IMG/VR virus record: IMGVR_UViG_3300030329_005426
Location: 64,001-128,000 of that record
Length of the DNA stretch: 64,000 nucleotides
Strand: one strand, 5' to 3'
DNA from: a virus
Made by a program: the position numbers and the translations under genes
In this document: positions 17,497 to 26,468 of the stretch, in pieces
Numbering within the stretch: the stretch's first letter is position 1
Layout: every line of letters starts with the position of its first letter
Notes under the pieces: generated by a model
The model's database searches: none
The model's input: the letters and a program-made list of their open reading frames with translations, nothing else
What the model was told of the DNA's origin: nothing

Positions 17497-18018
17497 CTAA
17501 AATCGAGATAAAAATCGCGCAATATGATGGACAAATGGTAGCAAGGATACGGCCATCAGCAAGTTCATTCCTGTATGGGCCATCGCTATCCGCAGCGTAT
17601 CACCCTTAGGCATACCGTCAGATACAAACACACCGGCTAGCCATATTGTTCCTGTTGTGCCAATATTAGCTCCAAGCACAGCTGCAACTGCAGCAGGTAG
17701 GGGCACTGCTCCTGATGCTACGAGTGCAATGATAGCTGTAGTGCTCAACGATGATGATTGCCACAGTAGTGTCATAATGATACCACCAAGAAACATCCAA
17801 TATGGGTTGTGGATGAAATAGCTTAGATGGTCAAGGTTGCCCATCGACTTCATTCCACCAGAAAACATCTTTAATCCGATGTAGAATACGACGAGCCCGA
17901 CGAGGGCAGTAATAACAGGGTTTCCTAGATCCATTTTTTTTACCTTCTTAACTAATTTTTTTGTGTCATTCATTGTCATTAAATTATCCCCTGACTTTGA
18001 CTTCTCGCTATTTAGCAA
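17497..18018 (-). CDS. Half-size Na+/Pi cotransporter-family membrane protein
   Basis: GL..F..GLK.FS.GM, T.LWQSSSLST, VLGANIGTTGT; a single repeat unit. Confidence 0.85.
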   Translation of the reverse strand: MLNSEKSKSGDNLMTMNDTKKLVKKVKKMDLGNPVITALVGLVVFYIGLKMFSGGMKSMGNLDHLSYFIHNPYWMFLGGIIMTLLWQSSSLSTTAIIALVASGAVPLPAAVAAVLGANIGTTGTIWLAGVFVSDGMPKGDTLRIAMAHTGMNLLMAVSLLPFVHHIARFLSRF

Positions 18019-18045
18019 AGAGGCATTTTTTACAGTTTGATGACA

Positions 18046-18300
18046 CTAACGCGACCCCTTTCTTCTATCATACCAGTATTTGCTTGACGATCTTAGCTGA
18101 TCATTAGCTTCGCGGACTAATTCACACTCTGCCCTTACCACATCTCTAAACATCTCGATCATCTGCTGATCACAATCTGCATCCTTAGCGAGATTAGACA
18201 TCGAATCAACAAGCTCAATTATTCTGTCTATATGATTACAGGTTAGAGGTGGAATCGGGGGTTTCTTTATATTCGAAATTGTTCGTCTCCTCATTTTCAT
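18046..18300 (-). CDS. Hypothetical protein
   Basis: ORF in co-oriented gene run. Confidence 0.5.
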   Translation of the reverse strand: MKMRRRTISNIKKPPIPPLTCNHIDRIIELVDSMSNLAKDADCDQQMIEMFRDVVRAECELVREANDQLRSSSKYWYDRRKGSR

Positions 18301-18688
18301 TTAACAATATAGCGCCATTACGTAAATGAAATCTCCTGGCCATTTCTGTTTTAGGACTCATTGTAACAAATCTTCGCATCCCACGTTCTTTGGCTAAAGC
18401 GATTGCGGAAAACACAATATCTCTGCCGGCACGTGGTGCTGAGTTATATGACCATACAGAATAAAATACGGCAATGTCACCACTACTACTATGTAGTAGT
18501 TCATCTACCGTGGTAGGAATTTTATTACAAAATGCACAGCAGATCACGGCCTTTCGTTCGCCGATTTCTAGACCTCCTGTGTAATACATTTCAAAGTGTC
18601 CTGATGTTCTTTGATTGCCTGAAATTTCAGGGCGCACCGGATCATCAAGACAAAGCATTTTTGCTTCGGCTGGTTTACATTTTATCAT
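18236..18688 (-). CDS. Hypothetical protein (GNAT-like C-terminus)
   Basis: DDPVRP, FYSVWSY, AGR.IV, VTMSPKTEMARRFHLRNGA. Confidence 0.55.
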   Translation of the reverse strand: MIKCKPAEAKMLCLDDPVRPEISGNQRTSGHFEMYYTGGLEIGERKAVICCAFCNKIPTTVDELLHSSSGDIAVFYSVWSYNSAPRAGRDIVFSAIALAKERGMRRFVTMSPKTEMARRFHLRNGAILLNENEETNNFEYKETPDSTSNL

Positions 18689-18719
18689 CGATTATTTATT
18701 TACTCCGAAATGACAAAAA

Positions 18720-18796
18720 TGGTCGGGGATGCAAGATTCGAACTTGCGACCCTCTGCTCCCAAAGCAGATGCGCTACCAGGCTGCGCTAATCCCCG
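18720..18796 (-). tRNA. trnP: tRNA-Pro(TGG)
   Basis: Full cloverleaf CGGGGAT...TCTGC-TTTGGGA-GCAGA...GTTCGAATC...CCA. Confidence 0.96.
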
Positions 18797-18975
18797 CTTT
18801 CTACGATGTAGAGTTTTTTTTCATGAACAGCAACACGGGCATATGGGTCATTAATTTTAATATCATTCACCCTTAGGCCGCCATTCTTGATCTGCCTCCT
18901 AGCTTCACTCTTAGACTTGACTAAACCAGATATAACAAAAAATTCAGCTACATCCATACCTATCTGGCTTTTCAT
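18787..18975 (-). CDS. Stand-alone S4 RNA-binding domain (TyrRS C-terminal-like)
   Basis: [26 protein letters not shown]; the stop codon lies inside tRNA-Pro. Confidence 0.8.
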   Translation of the reverse strand: MKSQIGMDVAEFFVISGLVKSKSEARRQIKNGGLRVNDIKINDPYARVAVHEKKLYIVESGD

Positions 18976-18994
18976 TCTCGCCTCATCTTGAAAG

Positions 18995-19070
18995 TGGTGC
19001 CGCCGCACGGACTTGAACCGCGGACCTGAGGTTTACAAAACCCCTGCTCTACCGACTGAGCTACGACGGC
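18995..19070 (-). tRNA. trnT: tRNA-Thr(TGT)
   Basis: Cloverleaf GCCGTCG...GGGGT-TTTGTAA-ACCTC...GTTCAAGTC...CCA. Confidence 0.96.
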
Positions 19071-19282
19071 TAAAGACCCAGAACTCTATGAGCTGGTTCC
19101 AATCCTTTTCTCGGGGAATACTGATCACGGAAGTACTCGGCAAGCTGGCCCATATAAAATGAGACGTCGCCGTCAGTATCTTCTTCTGCTTGTTTGAAAA
19201 ATTCGACGAGTGCCTTTGTGCTAATCTTTTCAGGACCATCAAAGGCTGCCGCTTTATACGTTTTTCCAGGACGTTGATGCAT
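19070..19282 (-). CDS. Hypothetical early protein
   Basis: GAGG SD; last base of its TAG is G1 of tRNA-Thr. Confidence 0.6.
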   Translation of the reverse strand: MHQRPGKTYKAAAFDGPEKISTKALVEFFKQAEEDTDGDVSFYMGQLAEYFRDQYSPRKGLEPAHRVLGL

Positions 19283-19310
19283 CTCTCACCTCACATTAAG
19301 TTAGATTATT

Positions 19311-19339
19311 ATAATAATATACCATAAAAATTAAATCAA
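19311..19339 (-). promoter_or_regulatory. Early sigma70-type promoter
   Basis: GTTGATT-N17-TATTAT. Confidence 0.65.
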
Positions 19340-19344
19340 CAAAT

Positions 19345-20391
19345 TTATTGACGGGCGCACCAGTCTTTTAAATCTTTGTTATCTTGCATGATGGTTAAAT
19401 TTGGTAATTTATTCATAATACCAGAGTTATTGCGATTAATACATGTGCCATCGTCCTTGATAGCCATTAAATAATATCTCGGCAAGATATTAGCCCTGAT
19501 TTCTCTAATCTTTTTTTCGTTGTTTCGAATTGACCAATTACCGGCTTTGCTGAAAGCCCAACCCTCTAAGTTGGTATGAGAAGCGATGATATTCCGAAGC
19601 TCCATTTTATTTTTGAGATGTTCACTATCATCATCTCTATTAAATGGCACCAACGAGCCATCGATGATACGATTAATGAAATATTTTTCAATCATCTCTT
19701 CATCATAGAACGGCATGATATTTTCTAGATTAATGCGGTGGCCTTTAAAATTTTGAAAAAATCTATATCGCCTGCTAACGCGTCCAAATCGATTTCTTAT
19801 ATACCACACGCGCTTTAGATCACCTTTCAAATGATCTTCGCCCATAGAGCCGTATAAAGCATCTGCGGATCCGCATTCAACAACAACATGATTAGTAGGA
19901 TCAGCAACCGCGAAAAGGCTATCATCTGTATGAATTTTATGGTGATGTTTAGCTACTACTGGCCAGTAACCAGGGCATTCTTCTATACTAGAAGGTGTTA
20001 ATTCAATGTGAATTCTGGGCGTACCGAATTTTAGTAAGACGGCAAGAGCAGCAGTTGAATCAATTCCGCCGGACCAGAAAAATTGAATAGGTTTTTTTCT
20101 ATTAATTATCTGCTCAGCCCGGCGGAACATAAGTTCTTCTAACGACGCAGAGTTGCTATACTCGAATGGTGGCATAGTATCAGACGTAGTCTGAAAAGTG
20201 TATCTATACTTATGACAGCGATCGACAATGCAAGTACCACGTACTCTATTCATTATCTTCTTTTCTTTAGCTATATGATCTATAAAATCTGCTAATGCAG
20301 ATTCCGGAAAACCATTTTCCATGTTAACCATATGCTGAAGCCAATTGCGGATATAATTAGTATATCCTTTATTATAAAATACTAGTGCCAT
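19345..20391 (-). CDS. PP-loop ATPase (asparagine synthase-like) protein
   Basis: FFWSGGIDSTA PP-loop and SADALYG. Confidence 0.65.
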   Translation of the reverse strand: MALVFYNKGYTNYIRNWLQHMVNMENGFPESALADFIDHIAKEKKIMNRVRGTCIVDRCHKYRYTFQTTSDTMPPFEYSNSASLEELMFRRAEQIINRKKPIQFFWSGGIDSTAALAVLLKFGTPRIHIELTPSSIEECPGYWPVVAKHHHKIHTDDSLFAVADPTNHVVVECGSADALYGSMGEDHLKGDLKRVWYIRNRFGRVSRRYRFFQNFKGHRINLENIMPFYDEEMIEKYFINRIIDGSLVPFNRDDDSEHLKNKMELRNIIASHTNLEGWAFSKAGNWSIRNNEKKIREIRANILPRYYLMAIKDDGTCINRNNSGIMNKLPNLTIMQDNKDLKDWCARQ

Positions 20392-20392
20392 T

Positions 20393-20872
20393 TCAATTAC
20401 TCGATACTGGTATCCATGATCCTGGTATTGCTTTATTTTCTTTCTTTGGTGTTTTTCTCATCTTGTCGTATAAATCATGATAAAATTCCAGGTCACTCCC
20501 TGTGTTAATCATACATCCAATTTGGCCAGCGGGTGTATCCGCTATCCCCATAATCGTTATTTCCTTTTTCTCGGGATGCACAAAAAGCATCGTCAGTGTT
20601 TCCATACCACCTGGATTTGGTGTTTTCCATATTGCAATTGGTTTTTCACCCACATTAGCAATCGCATTCATCATCTCGCTCGATTTAGAACACATCATGC
20701 TTAACTTCATCATAAAGGCCTGCATAGTTGGTTTATTGCCTGGCTCAGGAATTGTAGGGGCTTCTTGTTTTAACGACGGCGGAGCTTGATCTGCTATAGC
20801 ATCCTTTGTATGCGCCGTGTTACATGCACCCAATAGCAATCCCGCTAATACCAAACTAACTAGGGTTCGCAT
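20393..20872 (-). CDS. Hypothetical lipoprotein
   Basis: Lipobox LLGAC after hydrophobic signal. Confidence 0.6.
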   Translation of the reverse strand: MRTLVSLVLAGLLLGACNTAHTKDAIADQAPPSLKQEAPTIPEPGNKPTMQAFMMKLSMMCSKSSEMMNAIANVGEKPIAIWKTPNPGGMETLTMLFVHPEKKEITIMGIADTPAGQIGCMINTGSDLEFYHDLYDKMRKTPKKENKAIPGSWIPVSSN

Positions 20873-21527
20873 TTTTATATTCCTCTATATGCTCTACCAG
20901 ATTCCAAATATGATCATCACGGTTTTGTATAAAGGTCTGAGTTTCCTGTGTTTCTACTACTGCTATTAATATTACTAATTTAGAAACTGGTATTTTCGTT
21001 CGTTCTTCGAACATAACAGCATAGCCAGCAGCTTGTTCAAAATAGTCGCTGATCCAATCTTTTTTCTTCTCACGTGTCGATGTCTTGAAATCTATGATGG
21101 CGAGCTTTCCATCCCATTCGGCAACGCAATCAGTTCTACCGGCTACGCCAAGATAATCACTGTATAGGGGTATTTCTTGCCCATATACTTTTCCTAAATG
21201 AGTATCTAGCTCCTTTTGTAGTAGCTCGAATAGAGCTAGATTCATTAAGGTGTGACCTTCTCTATAATCAGCAATATTATTTATGTAATCTTCAGCTATT
21301 TTATGGACTTTCGTGCCGCGAATAGACGCTTGGCCAGCAATCTTATTTGCCTGAGCTTCACCAACACGCTTACGCCACTCGAGTAGGCCTTGTTTTTTGA
21401 AATGACCGAGAACTGTTGTGATAGACGGAAGAGGCCCACTTGGTGTTAAGTAGAACCTCTTACCGTCCTTATTCTCAGTTTTGATCTCTTCAAAAACTAA
21501 ATCACTATGCTCAAATCTCTCGCTCAT
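20856..21527 (-). CDS. PD-(D/E)XK exonuclease
   Basis: PSITTVL, RGT.VH...E, AGRTDCVAE.DG..AIIDFKTS, Q..GYA. Confidence 0.88.
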   Translation of the reverse strand: MSERFEHSDLVFEEIKTENKDGKRFYLTPSGPLPSITTVLGHFKKQGLLEWRKRVGEAQANKIAGQASIRGTKVHKIAEDYINNIADYREGHTLMNLALFELLQKELDTHLGKVYGQEIPLYSDYLGVAGRTDCVAEWDGKLAIIDFKTSTREKKKDWISDYFEQAAGYAVMFEERTKIPVSKLVILIAVVETQETQTFIQNRDDHIWNLVEHIEEYKNANPS

Positions 21528-22329
21528 ATGCTATTTTACTGATGATATATTCTTTCACAAGACCGCTGCGAACAATATCGTGATGGCTAAATTCAATTAG
21601 ATCAAACCCCTTTATTGTCCGGATGATATCCATGAAGCGTCTTATACCATCCCTTTCGTTATCGCGCCATAAATCACTCTGATGGTAGTCACCACAAAAT
21701 ATAACTCTACAGTTCTCACCTAAGCGCGTGATAATACTATCAAGTTCATGAAATGTCATATTCTGTATTTCGTCCACAATAATTATTTTATCATTAAACG
21801 TCGTCCCACGCAAGTATGATGTGGTCGTAAAATTAATTATCTGTCTTCCTGATAACACCGAATAAGCATCGCCTCTGCCAAATAATTGAGAAGCCATTGC
21901 CTCATAGGGTGCTTCGTATGCTTTAGCTTTTTCTTTAACATTACCTGGAAGAAATCCCATATCTCTAGTGGGGACAACACTGCGAATAATCTCGATACCT
22001 TTTTGATCACATTGATTGTGAATGATATCGTCTAATGCCAAATATACAGCTAAAAATGTTTTGCCTGATCCGGCGGCACCATGAAGGAGTAAATTCTGGT
22101 CGTGATACCAACACTCAAATACTTCTTCTTGTGCTGGTGTTAATGGTTCTATACGTCGTAATCGCATTCCTGTTTTTTTATTTGTTGTGTGTCCTTGACG
22201 GCGTAATCTTTTTCTCTCCTTCCGTGATAGTGATGCCATTTGTTCGTCTGAAAATAACGGGATCGGCTGTGCATTCATCGCGGTATGTTCCTCTATTTGT
22301 TTGGATCCGCGCTCCTCTTTTTTCTCCAC
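21511..22329 (-). CDS. phoH: PhoH-family ATPase
   Basis: GAAGSGKT, RSVVP.RDMGFLPG, YLRGTTF, DEIQN, GDYHQSD, IVRSGLV. Confidence 0.93.
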   Translation of the reverse strand: MEKKEERGSKQIEEHTAMNAQPIPLFSDEQMASLSRKERKRLRRQGHTTNKKTGMRLRRIEPLTPAQEEVFECWYHDQNLLLHGAAGSGKTFLAVYLALDDIIHNQCDQKGIEIIRSVVPTRDMGFLPGNVKEKAKAYEAPYEAMASQLFGRGDAYSVLSGRQIINFTTTSYLRGTTFNDKIIIVDEIQNMTFHELDSIITRLGENCRVIFCGDYHQSDLWRDNERDGIRRFMDIIRTIKGFDLIEFSHHDIVRSGLVKEYIISKIAYEREI

Positions 22330-22604
22330 TTTTCTACAGCGTGTCGTGTTTTCACGTCTTTAATTGATTTTGATCCATACTGAGACCCGAGAGCACTATT
22401 AGGATGCTGCTCTCCGATTTGCGACAAACGCTCTTGAAACCCACCATCAGTCTTTATACCGCCGCGACCAGCGACGATATTGACCTGAGTAATCAGAGTA
22501 CGGATGTTTGGATTGGATTCTAGGTAGCTTTCTCGTTGTGCAATGGACATCATTTCTTCCCACTGCTCACCTGTCGTGTTGTTCACGAATGTATACGTCG
22601 GCAT
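22293..22604 (-). CDS. FmdB-like small protein
   Basis: MPTYTF.N..TGE..E..MSI N-terminus typical of T4-like phages. Confidence 0.6.
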   Translation of the reverse strand: MPTYTFVNNTTGEQWEEMMSIAQRESYLESNPNIRTLITQVNIVAGRGGIKTDGGFQERLSQIGEQHPNSALGSQYGSKSIKDVKTRHAVEKWRKKRSADPNK

Positions 22605-22633
22605 TAAATAATTCTTCCTTTCGCTACCTGTCT

Positions 22634-22942
22634 CTATTTAGCAATTCCGGCATCTAGAAAGTACTTAATTATACCATTAGCAAAAATAGCTAGGGCAACT
22701 GCATTAATAACAATAAGAGCTCGGTCATTCCATAACACCGAAACCCAAAGCCAGCCGGCAATACCAACAAAATGGACATATAGATTATATGGATAAAGGT
22801 TGTTCGATGATAATGTCATCGCAACAATTAGGATCAGGGAACTGACCCATTTCAGCCACCATGATAGAGGATGGTGCTGTTTTAAGGGAGTGAGAGTCTT
22901 GGTTGGATTCTCGTGCGCTTTCAATTCTGTTTCGTCTTCCAT
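22634..22942 (-). CDS. Three-TM membrane protein
   Basis: WWLKWVSS...YPYNL...W.DRALIVIN. Confidence 0.6.
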   Translation of the reverse strand: MEDETELKAHENPTKTLTPLKQHHPLSWWLKWVSSLILIVAMTLSSNNLYPYNLYVHFVGIAGWLWVSVLWNDRALIVINAVALAIFANGIIKYFLDAGIAK

Positions 22943-22945
22943 CGG

Positions 22946-23140
22946 CTAATCCGAGTTAAATTTTCTTACAATTTCGCCCCGTAGATCAACGTCGATCAGG
23001 CCTTGTGATTGGAGCTCATCGATGCATTTTTCAACACCTTGAGTTACTCCATCAGCAAAGCCGTCACGATAACTAGAGATATACAGGGCTATGACAAATC
23101 CTAACGCTATGTAGAATTGCCACGTGAATAGAAATTCCAT
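22946..23140 (-). CDS. Small single-TM protein
   Basis: N-terminal hydrophobic helix. Confidence 0.5.
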   Translation of the reverse strand: MEFLFTWQFYIALGFVIALYISSYRDGFADGVTQGVEKCIDELQSQGLIDVDLRGEIVRKFNSD

Positions 23141-23141
23141 T

Positions 23142-23405
23142 CTAGACGGTAATGACTTTTTCTACATCATCAAATTTGATGACAAGTTTTTTATGTCCGG
23201 TCTCAACAGGAACTTCTACCTCGACAAGGCCTTCGCGCTTATCGATAGCGGTAACTACGCCGCTGCTAGAAAACGGTTTTGGGCCCGTAAGAGGAACATC
23301 ACTAAGTCCAGGCAAACGTCCAAACGTATCTAATACAGCAGTGGTCGTAAACTCCACTTCATACGTACCGACACTACACGGCGTTTCAATTTCTTCAATT
23401 CTCAT
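23142..23405 (-). CDS. Hypothetical protein
   Basis: AAGGAG SD; co-oriented run. Confidence 0.55.
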   Translation of the reverse strand: MRIEEIETPCSVGTYEVEFTTTAVLDTFGRLPGLSDVPLTGPKPFSSSGVVTAIDKREGLVEVEVPVETGHKKLVIKFDDVEKVITV

Positions 23406-23563
23406 GATACTAACTCTCCTTTATCAGCCATCCCCTTGATGCCCCAAAGCATCACAATAACGCCAGCACTGGCTAACAGGATAGCAGTTGCAAGACCAGC
23501 GGTACCTTCAGCGGCACCAACACCGGCGATCATTCCAAACATTCCAATTACAAAACGGATCAT
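23402..23563 (-). CDS. 53-aa two-TM microprotein (not in ORF track)
   Basis: MIRFVIGMFGMIAGVGAAEGTAGLATAILLASAGVIVMLWGIKG...; ATGA overlaps at both ends. Confidence 0.6.
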   Translation of the reverse strand: MIRFVIGMFGMIAGVGAAEGTAGLATAILLASAGVIVMLWGIKGMADKGELVS

Positions 23564-23784
23564 TTCGTCACCTCTACAATTTCAAAATTTGGATCGTCAT
23601 TCAGTTTGATCCAACGTCCATCAAAACCTCTGTGACCACGCGGACCTTCTGTTTTAAATTCGCTACGTAGCATCATAGTACCACTGCGAATTTCTTCAAC
23701 AAGCCAACGGTCACCGTGCTGATGCACTCGGTTCTTACCATGGCGTGTCTTGCCCTTGAGCTTTATCCAATTACCTACTTGCAT
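23560..23784 (-). CDS. Hypothetical protein
   Basis: LKGKTRHGKNRVHQHG basic small protein. Confidence 0.55.
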   Translation of the reverse strand: MQVGNWIKLKGKTRHGKNRVHQHGDRWLVEEIRSGTMMLRSEFKTEGPRGHRGFDGRWIKLNDDPNFEIVEVTK

Positions 23785-23957
23785 CGCACCGCACCATTCT
23801 TAACGCATTTACGCCAAAATTCACGGGCTTCTTCAGGCAACATATCACCTTGGATGCCAAGATGGCCGTCATTGTCCTGTTCAACGAAAACCGAAGTTCC
23901 GTTGCACGGCGTAAAATGGGTTACGGTGTTAGTTTCCGTATTTTTGAGTGTGAACAT
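23775..23957 (-). CDS. Hypothetical early protein
   Basis: First gene after an early promoter; GAGG SD. Confidence 0.55.
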   Translation of the reverse strand: MFTLKNTETNTVTHFTPCNGTSVFVEQDNDGHLGIQGDMLPEEAREFWRKCVKNGAVRCK

Positions 23958-23984
23958 ATTTCTCTACCTCTCTCTATTATATTA

Positions 23985-24013
23985 ATTATAAAGCAGGTGC
24001 GAAATTAAATCAA
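23985..24013 (-). promoter_or_regulatory. Early sigma70-type promoter
   Basis: GTTGATT-N17-TATAAT. Confidence 0.75.
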
Positions 24014-24579
24014 CCCGGTATTTTCATTTGATCATAAAATAATCCGCGCACATTAGGCGCTTTAACTGGGCGTATAGCCTTGATATCACGAGGGAAAACG
24101 AACCTGAAGGTAACGCTATGATGAACATTACAGAACCATTCTAGATATCCGACGCGGGCTATCTGATCGTTCAATGTAGCTCGCGTTTCTAGCGTATAGT
24201 TATCGGTTCCATCATATAGATTGCTCAACGTAAATTCATTGTCTACGATTAAGAAATCCATGCCCATCACATACAAATAATCATACCCTTGCTTGATAGC
24301 CTCGATCATTGCATTCATACCGGCGTTAGATCGCGGTCTCTGGGGATTATACGCTATAGGTTCGAATTGCTCTTCATATGGAGGCACAATATGTCTCAGC
24401 TCGGGAAAGTCTGATTTCTCGATTTCTTTTGTTATGCCTGGATCGATAGAGACTAGGAACGTTGGATACCATTCCCTGTAGAGAGCATTACATCCGAATG
24501 TAATCACGTCATCTAATTGGCTTAGATCAAATTCTTTACGGCTAGCGCCGTTACATATTATATAAGCCTCTTTCATCAT
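24010..24579 (-). CDS. Sialyltransferase/MptE-like Rossmann protein
   Basis: AYIICNGASR, TFGCNALYR, SNAG..A, LYVMGMD. Confidence 0.55.
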   Translation of the reverse strand: MMKEAYIICNGASRKEFDLSQLDDVITFGCNALYREWYPTFLVSIDPGITKEIEKSDFPELRHIVPPYEEQFEPIAYNPQRPRSNAGMNAMIEAIKQGYDYLYVMGMDFLIVDNEFTLSNLYDGTDNYTLETRATLNDQIARVGYLEWFCNVHHSVTFRFVFPRDIKAIRPVKAPNVRGLFYDQMKIPG

Positions 24580-24730
24580 AATTACCTTGTAATGCTGCTT
24601 CTTGTATCTGTTTCCTAAATTTTCTTGCTTGTTTTATAGCTGTTCTCTTTTTGTTGGGTTTTTTACTATTGCGATAATCGCGCTTATTGTAGTTCGGATC
24701 GTCACTAGACCGACGATATGTCCGACCCAT
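24551..24730 (-). CDS. 59-aa basic protein (not in ORF track)
   Basis: MGRTYRRSSDDPNYNKRDYRNSKKPNKKR...; GAGGA SD. Confidence 0.5.
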   Translation of the reverse strand: MGRTYRRSSDDPNYNKRDYRNSKKPNKKRTAIKQARKFRKQIQEAALQGNYDERGLYNM

Positions 24731-24746
24731 GATAAGTCCTCCTATG

Positions 24747-25184
24747 TTACCAGTCTTTCGATAAATTTGGAAATGCTTCTGTTACTAGTGGTTGAGTAAT
24801 TCCACGGTAAGGGATTTCTCGGTGGTCTTTTATATGACAGATTAAATCTGCATCATCAGGATCTAGATTTTCTAGAAATTCGATAAACAAGGTTTCACGT
24901 TTAACCTGATTCAAATTATGGTATTCTACACTTTCTACAAAGATCCATAATTTACGTGTATCAGCATATAGCTGAGACTGAGCATCGTGCTCTTTTTCAA
25001 GCTTTTTGAATGGCGGGATGCCTTCAGGTAGTAGCCATTTAATTTTCGGATCAAAACAAAAGCCTAACACAGCTTTCATGGTAGCGCTACTATTTTTTTG
25101 CAAGAATTCTACCTTGCGGCCGCGACTGCCATCACCTTTTATTTCCGAACATTCTTTTAGTAATTCGGCGATGCCTTTCTTCAT
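24747..25184 (-). CDS. Conserved T4-like hypothetical protein
   Basis: FDP.IKWLLPEG.PP, KRETLFIEFLE.L; follows RNase H. Confidence 0.7.
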   Translation of the reverse strand: MKKGIAELLKECSEIKGDGSRGRKVEFLQKNSSATMKAVLGFCFDPKIKWLLPEGIPPFKKLEKEHDAQSQLYADTRKLWIFVESVEYHNLNQVKRETLFIEFLENLDPDDADLICHIKDHREIPYRGITQPLVTEAFPNLSKDW

Positions 25185-26054
25185 TTAAAAATCTCCAATA
25201 TGGTCCATTAAATTTTTCAGCCTATTCTTAATAAAATAATTAAGCAGGTGCTCACGGCCAGGAGCGTCATACTCCTCGTAAGCACTTACGGCCTCTTCTT
25301 TAATACGTGGGGGAATAAAATCAAGATCAACAAGCTCTTGATTGCGCTTATAACGATCCAACATATCATCATTACAGAATTCTTCCGGTTCAAGTCCTAT
25401 CCATGTATTTAGCTTTTTTGCAGTTAGGGGCTTTTGCCTCTTGCCGGATACAAATGTATTATCATCGGATAAGAAATTAGGAATACCATCGCCTCTATCA
25501 CCACGCATAATATGCTCTTTGATAAACGCTGCTGGGTTACTAGTCCGTATAAACTTCTTAGCTATAGGACTGTATTGCTCTACGTTGGCATACTTCTGAA
25601 GCTGGATAAAATCTTTATCACCGGACAAGATTAGAATAGGTTCAGCCGATCCATTTGTTATTCCGAGATGACCAAACTTCTCACAGAGAGCACCGATAAC
25701 ATCATCAGCTTCAGCACCTGCAACCTTAATAACTTTATATGGAAAGAACTGTCGAAGCTCATCTTTAATCTTATCGATACACGAAAAAATCGTATACCAA
25801 TCCAGGCCAGATTCCTGTCTATCTTTCTTGCGGTGAGCTTTATAATAAGGGAATACGTCCTTGCGCCAATACTTTTTATCGTCGCAGCACAGAACGAAAG
25901 TACCATACTCTTCACCAAATTTCTGGCGGTACATACGTAGGCTATTTAATACCATGTGACGAACTAAATCTTCATCAATCGGTGCATTCTTATTCGACCC
26001 CAATTGCATCATAAGATTCGAAATCATCACTTGGTTGAGATCAACCAATATCAT
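25185..26054 (-). CDS. rnh: T4-type RNase H (5'-3' exonuclease)
   Basis: MILVDLNQ, YWRK..FPYYKA.RK, EADD, SGDKDFIQLQ, GDRGDGIPN. Confidence 0.95.
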   Translation of the reverse strand: MILVDLNQVMISNLMMQLGSNKNAPIDEDLVRHMVLNSLRMYRQKFGEEYGTFVLCCDDKKYWRKDVFPYYKAHRKKDRQESGLDWYTIFSCIDKIKDELRQFFPYKVIKVAGAEADDVIGALCEKFGHLGITNGSAEPILILSGDKDFIQLQKYANVEQYSPIAKKFIRTSNPAAFIKEHIMRGDRGDGIPNFLSDDNTFVSGKRQKPLTAKKLNTWIGLEPEEFCNDDMLDRYKRNQELVDLDFIPPRIKEEAVSAYEEYDAPGREHLLNYFIKNRLKNLMDHIGDF

Positions 26055-26084
26055 AACATCTACTCGCTTATTTAATCATGTATC

Positions 26085-26092
26085 TATTTATA
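26085..26092 (-). promoter_or_regulatory. T4-type late promoter TATAAATA
   Basis: Exact T4 late consensus about 30 nt upstream of rnh. Confidence 0.6.
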
Positions 26093-26114
26093 ATAGCTTA
26101 CTAGCGAAATTAAA

Positions 26115-26468
26115 TCACTCCTCAAAATCATCTGGATCGAGATTTGGAAAGTCGAAATGATCTGGAATCTCATCCATCTGCTCTAAGGCCTCATCAATCA
26201 TGTCTTGAAACGGATGCTCTACGCCTAAGCTTCTGCTGAGCATAGAACGTAATGTCTCTACTGTAAAGGCAAAGTCAGCCATAAATTGCTCATCATCAAT
26301 TCTAAACCCATGCATACCAAATTTATGAAGAAGTTGGGATGCATAATGATCGATGAGCTCATTACAATATGAAATTTTATTGTCCTCTAAGGACTGTGCT
26401 AACTCGGCATGGTTTTGCGGCGGCCGAGCAGCAGAGCCCTTAGGGAACTTAATAATGTTGTCGGACAT
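26115..26468 (-). CDS. Hypothetical protein
   Basis: DNIIKFP N-terminus, HPFQ motif, acidic tail. Confidence 0.6.
   Translation of the reverse strand: MSDNIIKFPKGSAARPPQNHAELAQSLEDNKISYCNELIDHYASQLLHKFGMHGFRIDDEQFMADFAFTVETLRSMLSRSLGVEHPFQDMIDEALEQMDEIPDHFDFPNLDPDDFEE

Noticed and set aside
19033-19242. 69-aa ORF running into tRNA-Thr
   Set aside because: Alternative frame of the 19070-19282 gene, which has the SD and promoter.
20856-21527. Cas4/CRISPR interpretation of the PD-(D/E)XK nuclease
   Set aside because: No Fe-S cysteine cluster, no other cas genes, and no repeat-spacer array seen anywhere in the window; it is the usual exonuclease beside phoH.
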